Source of the DNA: a virus | Taxonomy: Duplodnaviria > Caudoviricetes | IMG/VR virus record: IMGVR_UViG_3300033148_002840 | Location: 1-54,369 of that record | Direction: 5' to 3' (one strand) | Length of the DNA stretch: 54,369 nt | Shown here: positions 16,795 through 26,616 of the stretch, one piece after another | Position numbering within the stretch: the stretch's first letter is position 1 | How the letters are laid out: each line of letters begins with the position of its first letter | Notes under the pieces: generated by a model | Told to the model about the DNA's origin: nothing | The model's input: the letters and a program-made list of their open reading frames with translations, nothing else | Databases searched by the model: none | Translations under genes and position numbers: made by a program

Positions 16795-17088
16795 ATGTGC
16801 ATTATCTTAGGATTCGGTCATGTGGAAGGGGGGGAGCGCACAAAGATCAGGGCGGCGTTACTCGATCATGCAAAATGCGGCCGTACTGTTTCAGACATCT
16901 TGGCGATCTGGAACGACAAGGCCGACGAATACGATGACCTACCGCGTGGCGAAGCTCCAGAACGATATACACGCATCTTTTGTTATGGTGGTAAATTGCA
17001 CTTCCATCATATAAACCGCAATCACCCCTTTTCGCCTGACGGCTGGGCCTTACTGCAAGTGAATGAGCCTTTTGACGTAGGAGACTAA
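16795..17088 (+). CDS. Hypothetical protein
   Basis: AGGAGAC-N5-ATG. Confidence 0.65.
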   Translation: MCIILGFGHVEGGERTKIRAALLDHAKCGRTVSDILAIWNDKADEYDDLPRGEAPERYTRIFCYGGKLHFHHINRNHPFSPDGWALLQVNEPFDVGD

Positions 17089-18002
17089 TGATGTCTATTG
17101 AATTGAAGCCGTGTCCAAATCCAGAATGTAGAGAGAAGAAGCCCAATCTGCGAATCGAAGGACACGAAGATGGTATCAGGTACGTCGAGTGTCATCATTG
17201 TGGCATGACCGGGCCTTCATCCTTTGGGAATAGTTTCTCGATTGGGTTGTGGAACAACCTGCCCCGTGAAGATAGCGAGACTGATAAGATATTGGCTGAT
17301 ATGGATCGAGATATAAAGGAGGCAGCAACCGCAGCCTTTTGTCCGGGGTTTTTCTCGCCCCGCGAAGACAAGACCGAGCCTGTCAAGCCCGAGAGGAAGT
17401 GCCCGCATTGTGGAGGTAATGTTATCCGTGGCTGTAATAGCGATGCGCAGTGGTGCCAATGTACCAACTGCTTTGCAGCCAGTCCTCACTGTTATCTCCT
17501 AAATGAAGCCTACGATGCGTGGTGGGCACCATTCAGGGCGCGAGATGTCGCGCCGGTTAACAAGAAGGTTGTAGAGGATAAACAAATGGCTAACCTGAAT
17601 GGATTTGACGCGCGCACTGTGGAACCCACCGCCAATTTTGAGCCAATTCCGGCGGGCAAGTATCTGGCAGCCATCACCGCCAGCGAAATGAAAACCACTA
17701 AGAAAGGTGACGGCGGCTACCTGCAACTGGAGTTCACCGTCCTCGACGGCGACTGCAAGGGCCAAAAGGTTTGGGATCGGCTGTGCATCAATCACCCAAA
17801 CGGCCTGACGCAGAAGATCGCAAGGGGCAATCTCTCGGCGATCTGTCGGGCGGTTGGGGTGATGCAGCCTTACGACTCGGTCGAACTTCACAACCTGCCG
17901 CTGTTGATCACCGTCAAGCTCAAGAAGTGTGAGGACACCGGCGAGCTGACCAACGAGGTCAAGGGCTACGCCAAGAAAGAGACGGCCGCCAGTCAGTCGT
18001 AG
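17088..18002 (+). CDS. Two Lar-like (restriction alleviation) Zn domains fused to a DUF669 SSB-like domain; internal start at 17586
   Basis: ELKPCP..YVECHHCG.TGP..WNN; CPHCGG..CTNC; MANLNGFDA..FEPIPAGKY..YLQLEF..NEVKGY. Confidence 0.8.
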   Translation: MMSIELKPCPNPECREKKPNLRIEGHEDGIRYVECHHCGMTGPSSFGNSFSIGLWNNLPREDSETDKILADMDRDIKEAATAAFCPGFFSPREDKTEPVKPERKCPHCGGNVIRGCNSDAQWCQCTNCFAASPHCYLLNEAYDAWWAPFRARDVAPVNKKVVEDKQMANLNGFDARTVEPTANFEPIPAGKYLAAITASEMKTTKKGDGGYLQLEFTVLDGDCKGQKVWDRLCINHPNGLTQKIARGNLSAICRAVGVMQPYDSVELHNLPLLITVKLKKCEDTGELTNEVKGYAKKETAASQS

Positions 18003-18066
18003 CTGGTTCTCAGCGCCCCACTGCCTACGCCGCGTGGTGGGCGCTATTCAGGGCGCGAGATGCCGC
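17508..18066. repeat. 44-bp imperfect direct repeat (17508-17551 and 18023-18066) flanking DUF669
   Basis: 39/44 identical. Confidence 0.9.
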
Positions 18067-18105
18067 CTGGAAATCGTTGGAGCGTATGAATAGGAAACTT
18101 CTAAA

Positions 18106-18466
18106 ATGATCCTACAGGCTGCTGTCCACCATATACCACTAGCGGATAACTCCGTGGACTTGGTATTCTGCTCGCCGCCCTATGAGGATGCGAGGACCTA
18201 TGACATTGATTTCTCGCTGAAGGGGGAAGCCTGGGTCGCGTGGGCGATTCCCGGCTTCATGGAGTGTTTGCGAGTTTGTCGGGGGCTGGTTGCCTGGGGG
18301 AATCGTGCTTGACCCATTTTCGGGTAGTGGAACTACACTAGCAGTAGCCCTGAAGAATGGCCGCAGAGCGATTGCATCCGATCTGAGATTCAGTCAGGTG
18401 GAGTTGACGGTGCGTCGCGCCAAAGAGGCTCAAATAGCCAACGGTTCCTCAGCACCAAACCTGTAA
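18106..18466 (+). pseudogene. Internally deleted, frameshifted beta-class N4/N6 DNA methyltransferase
   Basis: SVDLVFCSPPY in 18106-18312; [15 protein letters not shown] in the +1 frame 18293-18466; intervening target-recognition region absent. Confidence 0.8.
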
Positions 18467-18731
18467 TCAGCGACGCCAAACAATCAATGTCGTCTTCGTT
18501 GTCATCTATTTCTCGCATCGTTGGAGGGAGCAGTTTTAGTCCCGCGACGGCGTGAATCCACTCGTGAACAGCGCGCTGGACATGAACTGCTGGAGCGCCG
18601 GATGGGGATAGCGTAATCTTCATGTCTAGCTTATCGACCTGACCGACGCAGCCCGTTCGATCAGCAAACTCAGCATCGTGGACCAACGTATGTGGGAATC
18701 CGCAGACATCGAAGGTCTGGTCGTTGGGCAT
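18390..18731 (-). CDS. Small HEXXH metallopeptidase-like protein
   Basis: GGGAG RBS, MPNDQTF; VHEWIHA followed by downstream E. Confidence 0.7.
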   Translation of the reverse strand: MPNDQTFDVCGFPHTLVHDAEFADRTGCVGQVDKLDMKITLSPSGAPAVHVQRAVHEWIHAVAGLKLLPPTMREIDDNEDDIDCLASLITGLVLRNRWLFEPLWRDAPSTPPD

Positions 18732-18744
18732 CGTATTACTCTCC

Positions 18745-18870
18745 CTATGTCTTTTTTGGGGGTTGCCGGGAAGTATTCCGATTGCCCCGACCGCCACCGG
18801 ACCCGTCTCGCCTGCGAGTACCGCCGCAAGCCCCTCGTGAGCCTCTGCCTGGATGTCCACGTCTAGCCAT
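18745..18870 (-). CDS. 41-aa Arg/Gly-rich basic peptide
   Basis: AGGAGA-N6-ATG; MARRGHPGRGSRGACGGTRRRDGSGGGRGNRNTSRQPPKKT. Confidence 0.65.
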   Translation of the reverse strand: MARRGHPGRGSRGACGGTRRRDGSGGGRGNRNTSRQPPKKT

Positions 18871-18882
18871 AACCATTCTCCT

Positions 18883-19638
18883 TTATCGCTCCTGCCAAAC
18901 AGTGAAAAAATCCATTCCTAGCGTTTCCGCGTTGCTGGTGCCATTCCGTACAGACATATGGGCACGCATCATAGCATCTAATCCGCTAATCGTTATGCTA
19001 TGCGTAGCGCCATATACAAAATCTCCCCCGTCGTGCCCTACATATGGCGTGAGGATGCCCGTAACACCATCATGCGGATCATAATCGAAGCCCACCACGT
19101 CCCAGGTGTTATCGGTGTAGGTTCCTAACGTTGTCGTTGTGCTCTTAGATGCACCGTTGGAGGTCAAGAACGACCACACGCTAGCCATTGTTCCGGCGGT
19201 CTCAGTAACGAACAGGAACGCGCCGTCATAAGTAACATCGTTTGGCCCCGCGCCGTCCTCATCAAGTATTTCACCAGCGCCGTGTGACCCTAGGCCAACT
19301 AGAAAGCTGGCGCCGCCGACTTTGGCGAGTCGAGTTCTGGCCTGGAAACTGACCCGTTTATTCGTCTGGAATTTCCAATGTGCATGTGTGGTGTGTAGAC
19401 AAGCATCGTGGGTGTCATCGCCGTGTGTCGTAATTTCAACTACACCGCAAAGATCGTCGGCATTTTCTTGGGTTGCTGGATGGTGATCTTCAAGGAAAAA
19501 TTCGCCTGGTATGTCAAGTTCCTCATGGAAATCTCGGTGGTATATGCTGACTAAGTGATCGGGTAGCGCACGCGCAATCGTAAACTGATGGGGTGTATAT
19601 CTTCGTGGGATGTTTATTGTAATTTCGCGTAGCGTCAT
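18883..19638 (-). CDS. Putative virion protein (beta-sandwich, lectin-like)
   Basis: Beta-rich, T/G-rich; at the end of the structural operon. Confidence 0.55.
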   Translation of the reverse strand: MTLREITINIPRRYTPHQFTIARALPDHLVSIYHRDFHEELDIPGEFFLEDHHPATQENADDLCGVVEITTHGDDTHDACLHTTHAHWKFQTNKRVSFQARTRLAKVGGASFLVGLGSHGAGEILDEDGAGPNDVTYDGAFLFVTETAGTMASVWSFLTSNGASKSTTTTLGTYTDNTWDVVGFDYDPHDGVTGILTPYVGHDGGDFVYGATHSITISGLDAMMRAHMSVRNGTSNAETLGMDFFTVWQER

Positions 19639-19646
19639 GGCTTCCT

Positions 19647-20216
19647 CTAGGCAACGACGCCGGACACCCAACCTCTACGGTATGTGTTTAAGGGGACACG
19701 GCGCCATCGCGCTGCTTGAAAGATAATGTTGGTATTCCCGCCCAGGTTCATGCTGCCATAGGCCACAACCTGATTGCCGCCACTAGCGTCCAACTGAATA
19801 ATCGTGCCGCCCAATATTACGGCCTGGCCACTGACGGTTAAGGTAAGCGGGCCTATTTCGCGTCCCGTGATTTCCATGCGCCCGGTAACAGTCAGAATAT
19901 CCATCGCACAAGGGCCAGCGCCAGACTCCACAATACAGTCACCACCTACTACTAGGGTATCTGCCGTACTGCCAGCAGTTATTGCCCCATTAGTGCCAAT
20001 CCGGCAATCCCCCCCAACCGTTGAAGTCTGGTCGAAAATCCGCAAGGCGCCATTTTTGATTAACAATGATGCTGCTGCACCTGCACCAGCGACAAGATTA
20101 ACGGTATAGCCGCCGTCGATAATTACAGCATCGCCAGCACCCGGCGTGGCGCCCTCCTGATCCCAGGTCGTGCCCACGCTATACATCCCATCAGCTATGC
20201 TGGTGAAGGTCGCCAT
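19647..20216 (-). CDS. Putative tail/receptor-binding protein (G8/beta-helix-like)
   Basis: TW...TPGAGDAVII; repeated VGGDC.I. Confidence 0.55.
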   Translation of the reverse strand: MATFTSIADGMYSVGTTWDQEGATPGAGDAVIIDGGYTVNLVAGAGAAASLLIKNGALRIFDQTSTVGGDCRIGTNGAITAGSTADTLVVGGDCIVESGAGPCAMDILTVTGRMEITGREIGPLTLTVSGQAVILGGTIIQLDASGGNQVVAYGSMNLGGNTNIIFQAARWRRVPLNTYRRGWVSGVVA

Positions 20217-20226
20217 CTAATACCTC

Positions 20227-20820
20227 TTATACCTGAACGCTAACGAGCACTTCGTCGATCAAACCCGTCCAAGTATCTGTATAGACTGCAATGCGGTCGT
20301 ATCCCTTAGGGTCTATTTGTAGCATGGCCTCAACGTCGTCTTCATTGTCGTAAGCAATGGCCCCAATGGTGTTCTTGACGAGGGTGTTGAAACTTTGGGC
20401 CTCATACCAATTTGCAGACGTGGCGACTCCCGTACAGGGGTGCGTGGCTGACTTACTAGTTCCGAACGTGACGGGGACCTGTACGGCGAGGATACCCTTA
20501 GCGCCCAGGACCCCGGTGTACGGTTTCGGCCACATATAGACGTAGAGGTTCGCCGTGGCTGCATCGCAATCGTCGGACGTACCATTGTCGATTGCAAACG
20601 CCCGCAAGATCAAAGAGGGCGCACCCCCAATCACCTTATAGTTGGCCATGTTTGCCATCTTGAGGTCGGTGATAAGGTTCTCATCGCCACCAGCCCGCGT
20701 GACGTGCCGTAGTACAACGGGCGGCGCGGGAGCGTCCCTCAACTGTACTTTATTACGGGCGCCTCCACGTAGGGTGTCAAGACTCCCCGTAAAGTTCAAA
20801 ATCTCTGGTATCTGAAGCAT
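20227..20820 (-). CDS. Putative structural protein
   Basis: AAGGAGG RBS; position in late operon. Confidence 0.6.
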   Translation of the reverse strand: MLQIPEILNFTGSLDTLRGGARNKVQLRDAPAPPVVLRHVTRAGGDENLITDLKMANMANYKVIGGAPSLILRAFAIDNGTSDDCDAATANLYVYMWPKPYTGVLGAKGILAVQVPVTFGTSKSATHPCTGVATSANWYEAQSFNTLVKNTIGAIAYDNEDDVEAMLQIDPKGYDRIAVYTDTWTGLIDEVLVSVQV

Positions 20821-20834
20821 CTCTCTCCTCCTTA

Positions 20835-23800
20835 CTATCGTATCAGAGCGGAAGCGGCGGGGCCTGCTGTCTGGAGAGCCCGGGTGAGCCGGTCCATGTC
20901 CTGATATCTATTATAGCGTCGAAAGTCCTGCCGGGAAATAGCCAACTCTGGGAGCATTGGGTAGCGTTTTTTGTAGTCTGCTCGGATGCCATCCGCGGCC
21001 TCTGTATCAAAGTTCGTTAGAGCGTGTGCAAGCCTACGCCTATAGAGGCGGACGTTATCCCGCATTCTAAGGAGTTGCTGGAGTTGGAGGCGCTGACGAG
21101 CGTTCATTGAGGGATATAGACCCATCGCCACCAGGTATTTGTCACCCGGTCGGTGTTGCATAATGGCTCGGCCTGTATCATCATAGAGGACATCGCCCTT
21201 AAACTGATTGATTACGCGAGCGACGCGCGTTAGAGGGAGGCCACCGGGGACTAGCACGCGAGGGAATGGTATCTGACCGACATAGGGGACCTTTATGGGT
21301 TGTATCGCGTCTACGTCCCCAGTGACCATGAATTTGGCGAGGCCGATTCCGAGGCTCGGGATAGGGGGGATCGGTAGCGGGTAAAATGGCGCATTGGGGG
21401 GCGGCACGTTAATGAAGCCGGGGAGGGTCGCACGAGATACGTCGATCCCCGCCACGTCTCTAAAGAAGTTGAAGAGGCCCAGAGAGGCGGCAGTGGTGCG
21501 AGCCATCGGACCCCAGTTGCGCCCGCCGAAAGCGCGTTGGAGACCACCGGCTAAAGCGAGTTCCTTGTCGGACATTGCGCCCTTGATCGTAGAGTCTACG
21601 AGGTAGTTTATTGAGCGTACGGGGAAGGTACTAAACTGCCGTAGGGTGGGAGGGAGTTTCCCGAGGACCGGACTTGTCGCCAAACGATGCGGAATAAACT
21701 GGGTATCGGATACTACTTGGCGACCGTACCACTGTCGGATCATTTCACGACCTTCAGTGGTGGCGGTCATAAACTTTGGAAAGTGCTCACGATAGATGCC
21801 ACGTGCGAGTTCGGTGTTTACCTTATGGCGAGCGCCGTAAAAGGCCGCTAGTCGATTGAAGCGCTCGGCGCCAGTAAACAGTGATAGGAGCGCCTTATTG
21901 AAGCCTTCAACATAGCCCCCGATGCCACGACGCTCTACGGCACCCCAAGCCATATCTGGAATATCGAAAGCTCTGGGGTCTATATCAAGGCCCGCGGCGG
22001 AGAACTCCGGTGCAGAGGTTTTCCATGCGTTAGCGGTGGCTTGCCGACGGGACATACCACGGATGCGGTTCATTAAGCGAGCGCCGGTAAAGGCTTTCAG
22101 TCGCGTGGCTGATTCCTTAACCCCGAGGAGACCCGGCCCCCAACCCAATTCAGAGAAGGTTATCAGCGGAGTCTGAAATAGGTTTACGATTGCGGAGCTG
22201 GGACCGGATAGAACGCTAGCGTATACCCAGTTGGTTAGAGCGCGCTCGCGAAGCTTCACATTGCGGAAGCTGGCCTGTTTTTCCAGCCAGTCAGCGACCT
22301 TTATACCGGCCGCACTTTTGGGTCCAAGGGATTTAATCCAAGAGGATGCCTTGAGTGCGAAGTTCGGCCAGAAGGCAGACATTATGAGTTCGTCTTCGCT
22401 GAGGTCGCCAACAGTCCCCCGAATGTATTCGGAGACGAGGTTACCGACGCGCTTCTTATCGGGAGACATTAAGTGGTTGCGAAGTGGTTGCCAGCGGGGC
22501 TCGTCGAGAACCTTTTGGGCTTCGACGATCATTTGGTTTTGGAGGGGAGCGGTGTGTGCACTGCGCTCCGCAATCGTGGAGTATTCACTATTGAGGGTAC
22601 GGAGTTTTCCGGCGGCGCTGATAGCACGACGTTCGACGGCACGAACCGTTGCAATTGGTGCCCCCTGTCGTGCGCGTGAAAGTTCGCTGCGGAGGGCCGC
22701 GAGTCGTTGCTTCTGCGTGGCAATTTGTTTACTGAGGACGCCGAGCGCAGCAGGTGGGGTCTCAATTAGGCCAGCACCATGTACTAGGGCAGCTTCGTAT
22801 TTCGAGATGGGTTGAGCGGCGGCAAAAGTTTTGGAGGCTCGTCGAATGTACTCGTAAGTAATCTGGTCAATGTCCCAGACTAGATTTTCGGGGGTAGTTA
22901 TCGACTTACGGCTCATAAGGGAGGGATTGAAGACCGTACTGCCCCCATTGTTCAGCCAGCTTTGGAAGCCCTTCATATCGAGGACAACGTTATCGCCCTC
23001 TCGCCAGACCCATTTGCCCACATCCGTCATGTCAACACCTGGGCGATTTAGCAGTTGAAGCATCTCACGGGAGCGGGTCTTATGGCGGAGGGCAACGGCC
23101 ATCTGCTTGGGATTGAGGGTAAGGTGGTCGCCCTTTTGGATCATCCAGGGGAGGTACTTATGGATGTAGCCAGCTTGGCCGATTTGAGTGAGTTTGGTGC
23201 CGCGGACTCCCCACTTCTTAGAGATCATTTCCCAAATGGGGTCCATGATCTCACTGCGCCAAGCGTTGGCGGTGGCCTGAAGTTTGGGGGTCAACGAAAA
23301 TGAAGGGTCTTGTACCCAACGACCCAATATCTCTTTCTCTTGGGAGGATAAGGTGTTGAATAGGCGCATTCGCTTGCCCTCGAAGCCCATTGATAGGTCA
23401 CCGGGGACACGAGTATTGCCGTAGAGAAAGCGAGTTATACGTTGACTGACAAGGGTGTGCATCTTAGGAAGCTTCGTTCCTGCAAGATGGGAGTGGTAGG
23501 GCCTGAAGACTAGGGATAGACCAGAGATTCGGCGACGGAGTTCTTCAAAGCGGACGGGCACCTTATCGGCGGTGAAGGCCCGCGGAGGGTTCCGCTTTGC
23601 GATCATCATCGAGGCGAGAAATATGGGGTCGGTTGCCGTGTCTACAAAGAACTTAGCGACGCCTTCCTGGAGACCGAAGACACGAGTCGCAATCGTTTGC
23701 ATGTCCTCGGGGAGGGCGCTCTCGGGACTGACGAGGACACGAACCGCCCGGTTGAAGTCCTTAGTGGTTAGAAGGGTAGCAACCGTTGGGTTGACCCGTA

Positions 23801-23840
23801 GCATGGTGGTCAACATATTCGTAATGAAGTCTACGGCCAC
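20835..23840 (-). CDS. Large internal virion/DNA ejection protein
   Basis: 1001 aa, helical and basic; last of the ejection-type genes after the tail protein. Confidence 0.6.
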   Translation of the reverse strand: MAVDFITNMLTTMLRVNPTVATLLTTKDFNRAVRVLVSPESALPEDMQTIATRVFGLQEGVAKFFVDTATDPIFLASMMIAKRNPPRAFTADKVPVRFEELRRRISGLSLVFRPYHSHLAGTKLPKMHTLVSQRITRFLYGNTRVPGDLSMGFEGKRMRLFNTLSSQEKEILGRWVQDPSFSLTPKLQATANAWRSEIMDPIWEMISKKWGVRGTKLTQIGQAGYIHKYLPWMIQKGDHLTLNPKQMAVALRHKTRSREMLQLLNRPGVDMTDVGKWVWREGDNVVLDMKGFQSWLNNGGSTVFNPSLMSRKSITTPENLVWDIDQITYEYIRRASKTFAAAQPISKYEAALVHGAGLIETPPAALGVLSKQIATQKQRLAALRSELSRARQGAPIATVRAVERRAISAAGKLRTLNSEYSTIAERSAHTAPLQNQMIVEAQKVLDEPRWQPLRNHLMSPDKKRVGNLVSEYIRGTVGDLSEDELIMSAFWPNFALKASSWIKSLGPKSAAGIKVADWLEKQASFRNVKLRERALTNWVYASVLSGPSSAIVNLFQTPLITFSELGWGPGLLGVKESATRLKAFTGARLMNRIRGMSRRQATANAWKTSAPEFSAAGLDIDPRAFDIPDMAWGAVERRGIGGYVEGFNKALLSLFTGAERFNRLAAFYGARHKVNTELARGIYREHFPKFMTATTEGREMIRQWYGRQVVSDTQFIPHRLATSPVLGKLPPTLRQFSTFPVRSINYLVDSTIKGAMSDKELALAGGLQRAFGGRNWGPMARTTAASLGLFNFFRDVAGIDVSRATLPGFINVPPPNAPFYPLPIPPIPSLGIGLAKFMVTGDVDAIQPIKVPYVGQIPFPRVLVPGGLPLTRVARVINQFKGDVLYDDTGRAIMQHRPGDKYLVAMGLYPSMNARQRLQLQQLLRMRDNVRLYRRRLAHALTNFDTEAADGIRADYKKRYPMLPELAISRQDFRRYNRYQDMDRLTRALQTAGPAASALIR

Positions 23841-23849
23841 GGGTGCTCC

Positions 23850-24713
23850 TTAGATTACAGGTTGGATGGCCTGGAGCCAGGGGTTTACTTCTTGACCGGC
23901 GGTGCTTATGGATTGAAGCTCCTTCATGGCCTTGATAAGCTGGATAACTTGGGTCATTTCTTTGACGTTGGCTATGCCCCCACCACCCTCTAGGCCGCCA
24001 CTTTGGAGGAGTGCCGCGATGTCTGGCTGGCCGCCGGGAGCGCCCGGCTGTCCAGGACGCCCCCGGGCGCCAACTTGTAGGGTCTGGGGGGGCTTTCTAC
24101 GCTGGAGGGCAGCACCACCAAGTGTGGCACCCATTATACCGTACATTACTTTTTGCCCGGTGGGGAGGGCCTGGAACTTACGGACCCACGATACTGGCCA
24201 CTCCCCCTTCGCGGCAGCAGCAGCCACATCTTCACCTCTAGTGATCGTAGCTTGGAGTTCTGCGAGGGCTTCTGGAGAGCGCCCCGCAGCCGCCTCTACT
24301 CTAGCTAATGTCTCTGTACGACCGCCACGCTTAACGGTAGCCATTACGCCTCTATCTTTAACGTAGCTTTTGGCGCCCGAGACTGCCTTAGAAATCTTCT
24401 GGGTTATTGCCTTATCGCCACCGCCGATGCGCTGCATTGCCGCAAGGTGTTCTTTTTTGATGCCGCCAGGGAGTTTACCCTGAATGAATAAGCGTAGAAT
24501 CTCGAAAACGCTACCATCTCGTCCGGCACGGGACGCGGTTCCCTTGAGATTGGAGATTGCTTTGAGGATTTGTGTTTTGTAGGCGCGTGACCCAAGGAGT
24601 TTAATCACTCGTGATAGCGCAAACGCTATGCTGGCACCCCCCCGCATTACGGTAGGCGCAGCGATACGAGCAACAGATGCAGAAAGCGGTCCGGCAACAA
24701 GTGGAATCGGCAT
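23850..24713 (-). CDS. Putative internal virion protein
   Basis: Ala/Gly-rich helical composition; synteny. Confidence 0.55.
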   Translation of the reverse strand: MPIPLVAGPLSASVARIAAPTVMRGGASIAFALSRVIKLLGSRAYKTQILKAISNLKGTASRAGRDGSVFEILRLFIQGKLPGGIKKEHLAAMQRIGGGDKAITQKISKAVSGAKSYVKDRGVMATVKRGGRTETLARVEAAAGRSPEALAELQATITRGEDVAAAAAKGEWPVSWVRKFQALPTGQKVMYGIMGATLGGAALQRRKPPQTLQVGARGRPGQPGAPGGQPDIAALLQSGGLEGGGGIANVKEMTQVIQLIKAMKELQSISTAGQEVNPWLQAIQPVI

Positions 24714-24717
24714 CTAA

Positions 24718-25746
24718 TTATCTCCTAGTCTCGGGGGACGGAACAGGGCCTCGTCGCGTTGGGGTCACGCCAGGAGAAGCTGGAAATGGAATATCCTTCG
24801 GCCAGGACCCCTTCAACAAAGACAACAACATAGCTTGCGTTCGTGGGTCGCCTCCCCTTTGGGCCTCTTGCTCGACACGCCGAACCGTAGCGGAGTGGCG
24901 AGAAACATCACCTTCTACGAGCATCGCTAATGCGAGGTCTACTTGGTCTTTATCTACAAAGGTCGCTGATCCCAGGTATCTCCCAACTATTGGAACTTGC
25001 GCCCCAAGAGCTTGACTGGCGCGAGTGATAATGTCACGCTGCGCCACAGGGGTCTCGGACAGACTAAAACTTACCTTGTCTGCCATTCGTGGAGAGAAGT
25101 CCGCCATTGCGGCGCCAATGGTGCCCTCCGAGAAGCCTTGTGCTTTTAGGTGGTTACGAAGATCGCTTCGATACCAATTGAACAGCTTGGTGGCGGTTTC
25201 AGTGGGCTCATCGCCATGGTATGCGGCACCTCGAACATTCGTGGCGATGTTGCTGGCCATGTCAGGAAAATGGCGCCACTGTTGGATAGCGTGGGTAGCT
25301 TCAGAAATGGATCGCTCATCAAGACCCGCCTCCTGTCGAACACGGTAGGCGCGAGAGCCTGCGGTACTTGCTGTATATGCCTGCATCATTAGACTGGCGC
25401 GAGACATAGCTGTGTTTTGTTGAGAGGATTCAAGGGCGCTCTTTTGGAGATCGTAACTGCGACGTTGGGCCTCTGTGGTAGCAGCAAAACGTTTATCCTC
25501 AATGACGGAGGCTTTATTGGCCAACTTTAGTTGGAAATTTCTATTCTCTCGGGCTTCCTCTCGGATAGCTAGAGCGCGACCCTCTTCGATCTCAAATCCC
25601 CGCTCACCAAGGCGCACCTGGGCGGCAGTTCGCTCTCGCTCGATTTGAGCTTGTTTGGATGCGATTGCAAGCTGGGTGGCCATCGCGATGAGTTGCTGGT
25701 TCCCTTGCATTTGCATCAGGTCTCGTTGGCTTATGTCTCTAGGCAT
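24718..25746 (-). CDS. Putative internal virion (ejection) protein
   Basis: Q/A/R-rich coiled coil; synteny. Confidence 0.55.
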   Translation of the reverse strand: MPRDISQRDLMQMQGNQQLIAMATQLAIASKQAQIERERTAAQVRLGERGFEIEEGRALAIREEARENRNFQLKLANKASVIEDKRFAATTEAQRRSYDLQKSALESSQQNTAMSRASLMMQAYTASTAGSRAYRVRQEAGLDERSISEATHAIQQWRHFPDMASNIATNVRGAAYHGDEPTETATKLFNWYRSDLRNHLKAQGFSEGTIGAAMADFSPRMADKVSFSLSETPVAQRDIITRASQALGAQVPIVGRYLGSATFVDKDQVDLALAMLVEGDVSRHSATVRRVEQEAQRGGDPRTQAMLLSLLKGSWPKDIPFPASPGVTPTRRGPVPSPETRR

Positions 25747-25767
25747 GATTATACCGCCTTAACTTTA

Positions 25768-26604
25768 CTACATTCGTTCTTTGTACCATTGCGCAAAACC
25801 GCGCGGGCCATACCCGGGTTTGTTGCCCAGAATAATACGCATTATCGTATCAAGAGGGTCGCTCTTTTTTGCTTTTTTTGGGGCGCGAGTTACTTTCTCT
25901 TTAAGGGCCTCCTTCGCCTGTAGAAGTGAAGCATCCGGCCACCCAACGCTTCGTACTGTTCCCTTTCGGGTTTCCCAAACAAGGGGATCGCGGGTTACGG
26001 CGTTCTCTACTGCTTCTGCCTGGGATGGTTGTGTCGTAGGGGGCGCCGCTAAAGATGCCGTTGCTGCAATCTGTTGCAGCCCTTTACCGAGCCAATCTAC
26101 AGTACCCCTAACTTTTTTGGATAAGCGCTCGCGCGCTTTCTTTGTTGCAACCTCCGTGTATTGGGTAGCGGCGCGTTTACGTTTACCAGCCGCCATTGCA
26201 CTGATTGCTTCCTGCAACTTATCAACCTTTTCTGGCGCTGGCGATGCTTGGTCGCCCCTCCCAAACCCTTTGATCGCTGCAAGCATCTCCGGGGTCCAAT
26301 CTCGAATGGGCTTCTCTGCGACGTGGAAACCCGTGAATGGCGCCTGCGCGGAACCAAGACGTGGCATGGTGCCGCCCTTCCCATATGTGCCCAACAACTG
26401 CGGCGCCATTAGAATGTTCTGGGCAGTACGCATTGATTGGGCTTCACGGACGGCTGCTTGCTGCGGGGTGATCCTAGGGCGCCTTCGTCGCTGTCCAAGT
26501 TGCATGAGCGCCGCCAGTAGACGATCCTGAGACATACCGGCGGGAACGTCACCAATCAATTGGTTGACTACGCCCGGCATTGTTAACTCTTGAAGTGTTA
26601 GCAT
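25768..26604 (-). CDS. Putative internal virion protein
   Basis: AGGAGG RBS; synteny. Confidence 0.55.
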   Translation of the reverse strand: MLTLQELTMPGVVNQLIGDVPAGMSQDRLLAALMQLGQRRRRPRITPQQAAVREAQSMRTAQNILMAPQLLGTYGKGGTMPRLGSAQAPFTGFHVAEKPIRDWTPEMLAAIKGFGRGDQASPAPEKVDKLQEAISAMAAGKRKRAATQYTEVATKKARERLSKKVRGTVDWLGKGLQQIAATASLAAPPTTQPSQAEAVENAVTRDPLVWETRKGTVRSVGWPDASLLQAKEALKEKVTRAPKKAKKSDPLDTIMRIILGNKPGYGPRGFAQWYKERM

Positions 26605-26616
26605 CTTGTTTACCTC

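Noticed and set aside
17508-18066. Repeat pair as a DGR template/variable region
   Set aside because: Mismatches are not adenine-specific and no reverse transcriptase is present.
18732-18860. N-terminal extension of the 18390-18860 ORF
   Set aside because: A better SD precedes ATG 18731, and the upstream part encodes the basic peptide in another frame.
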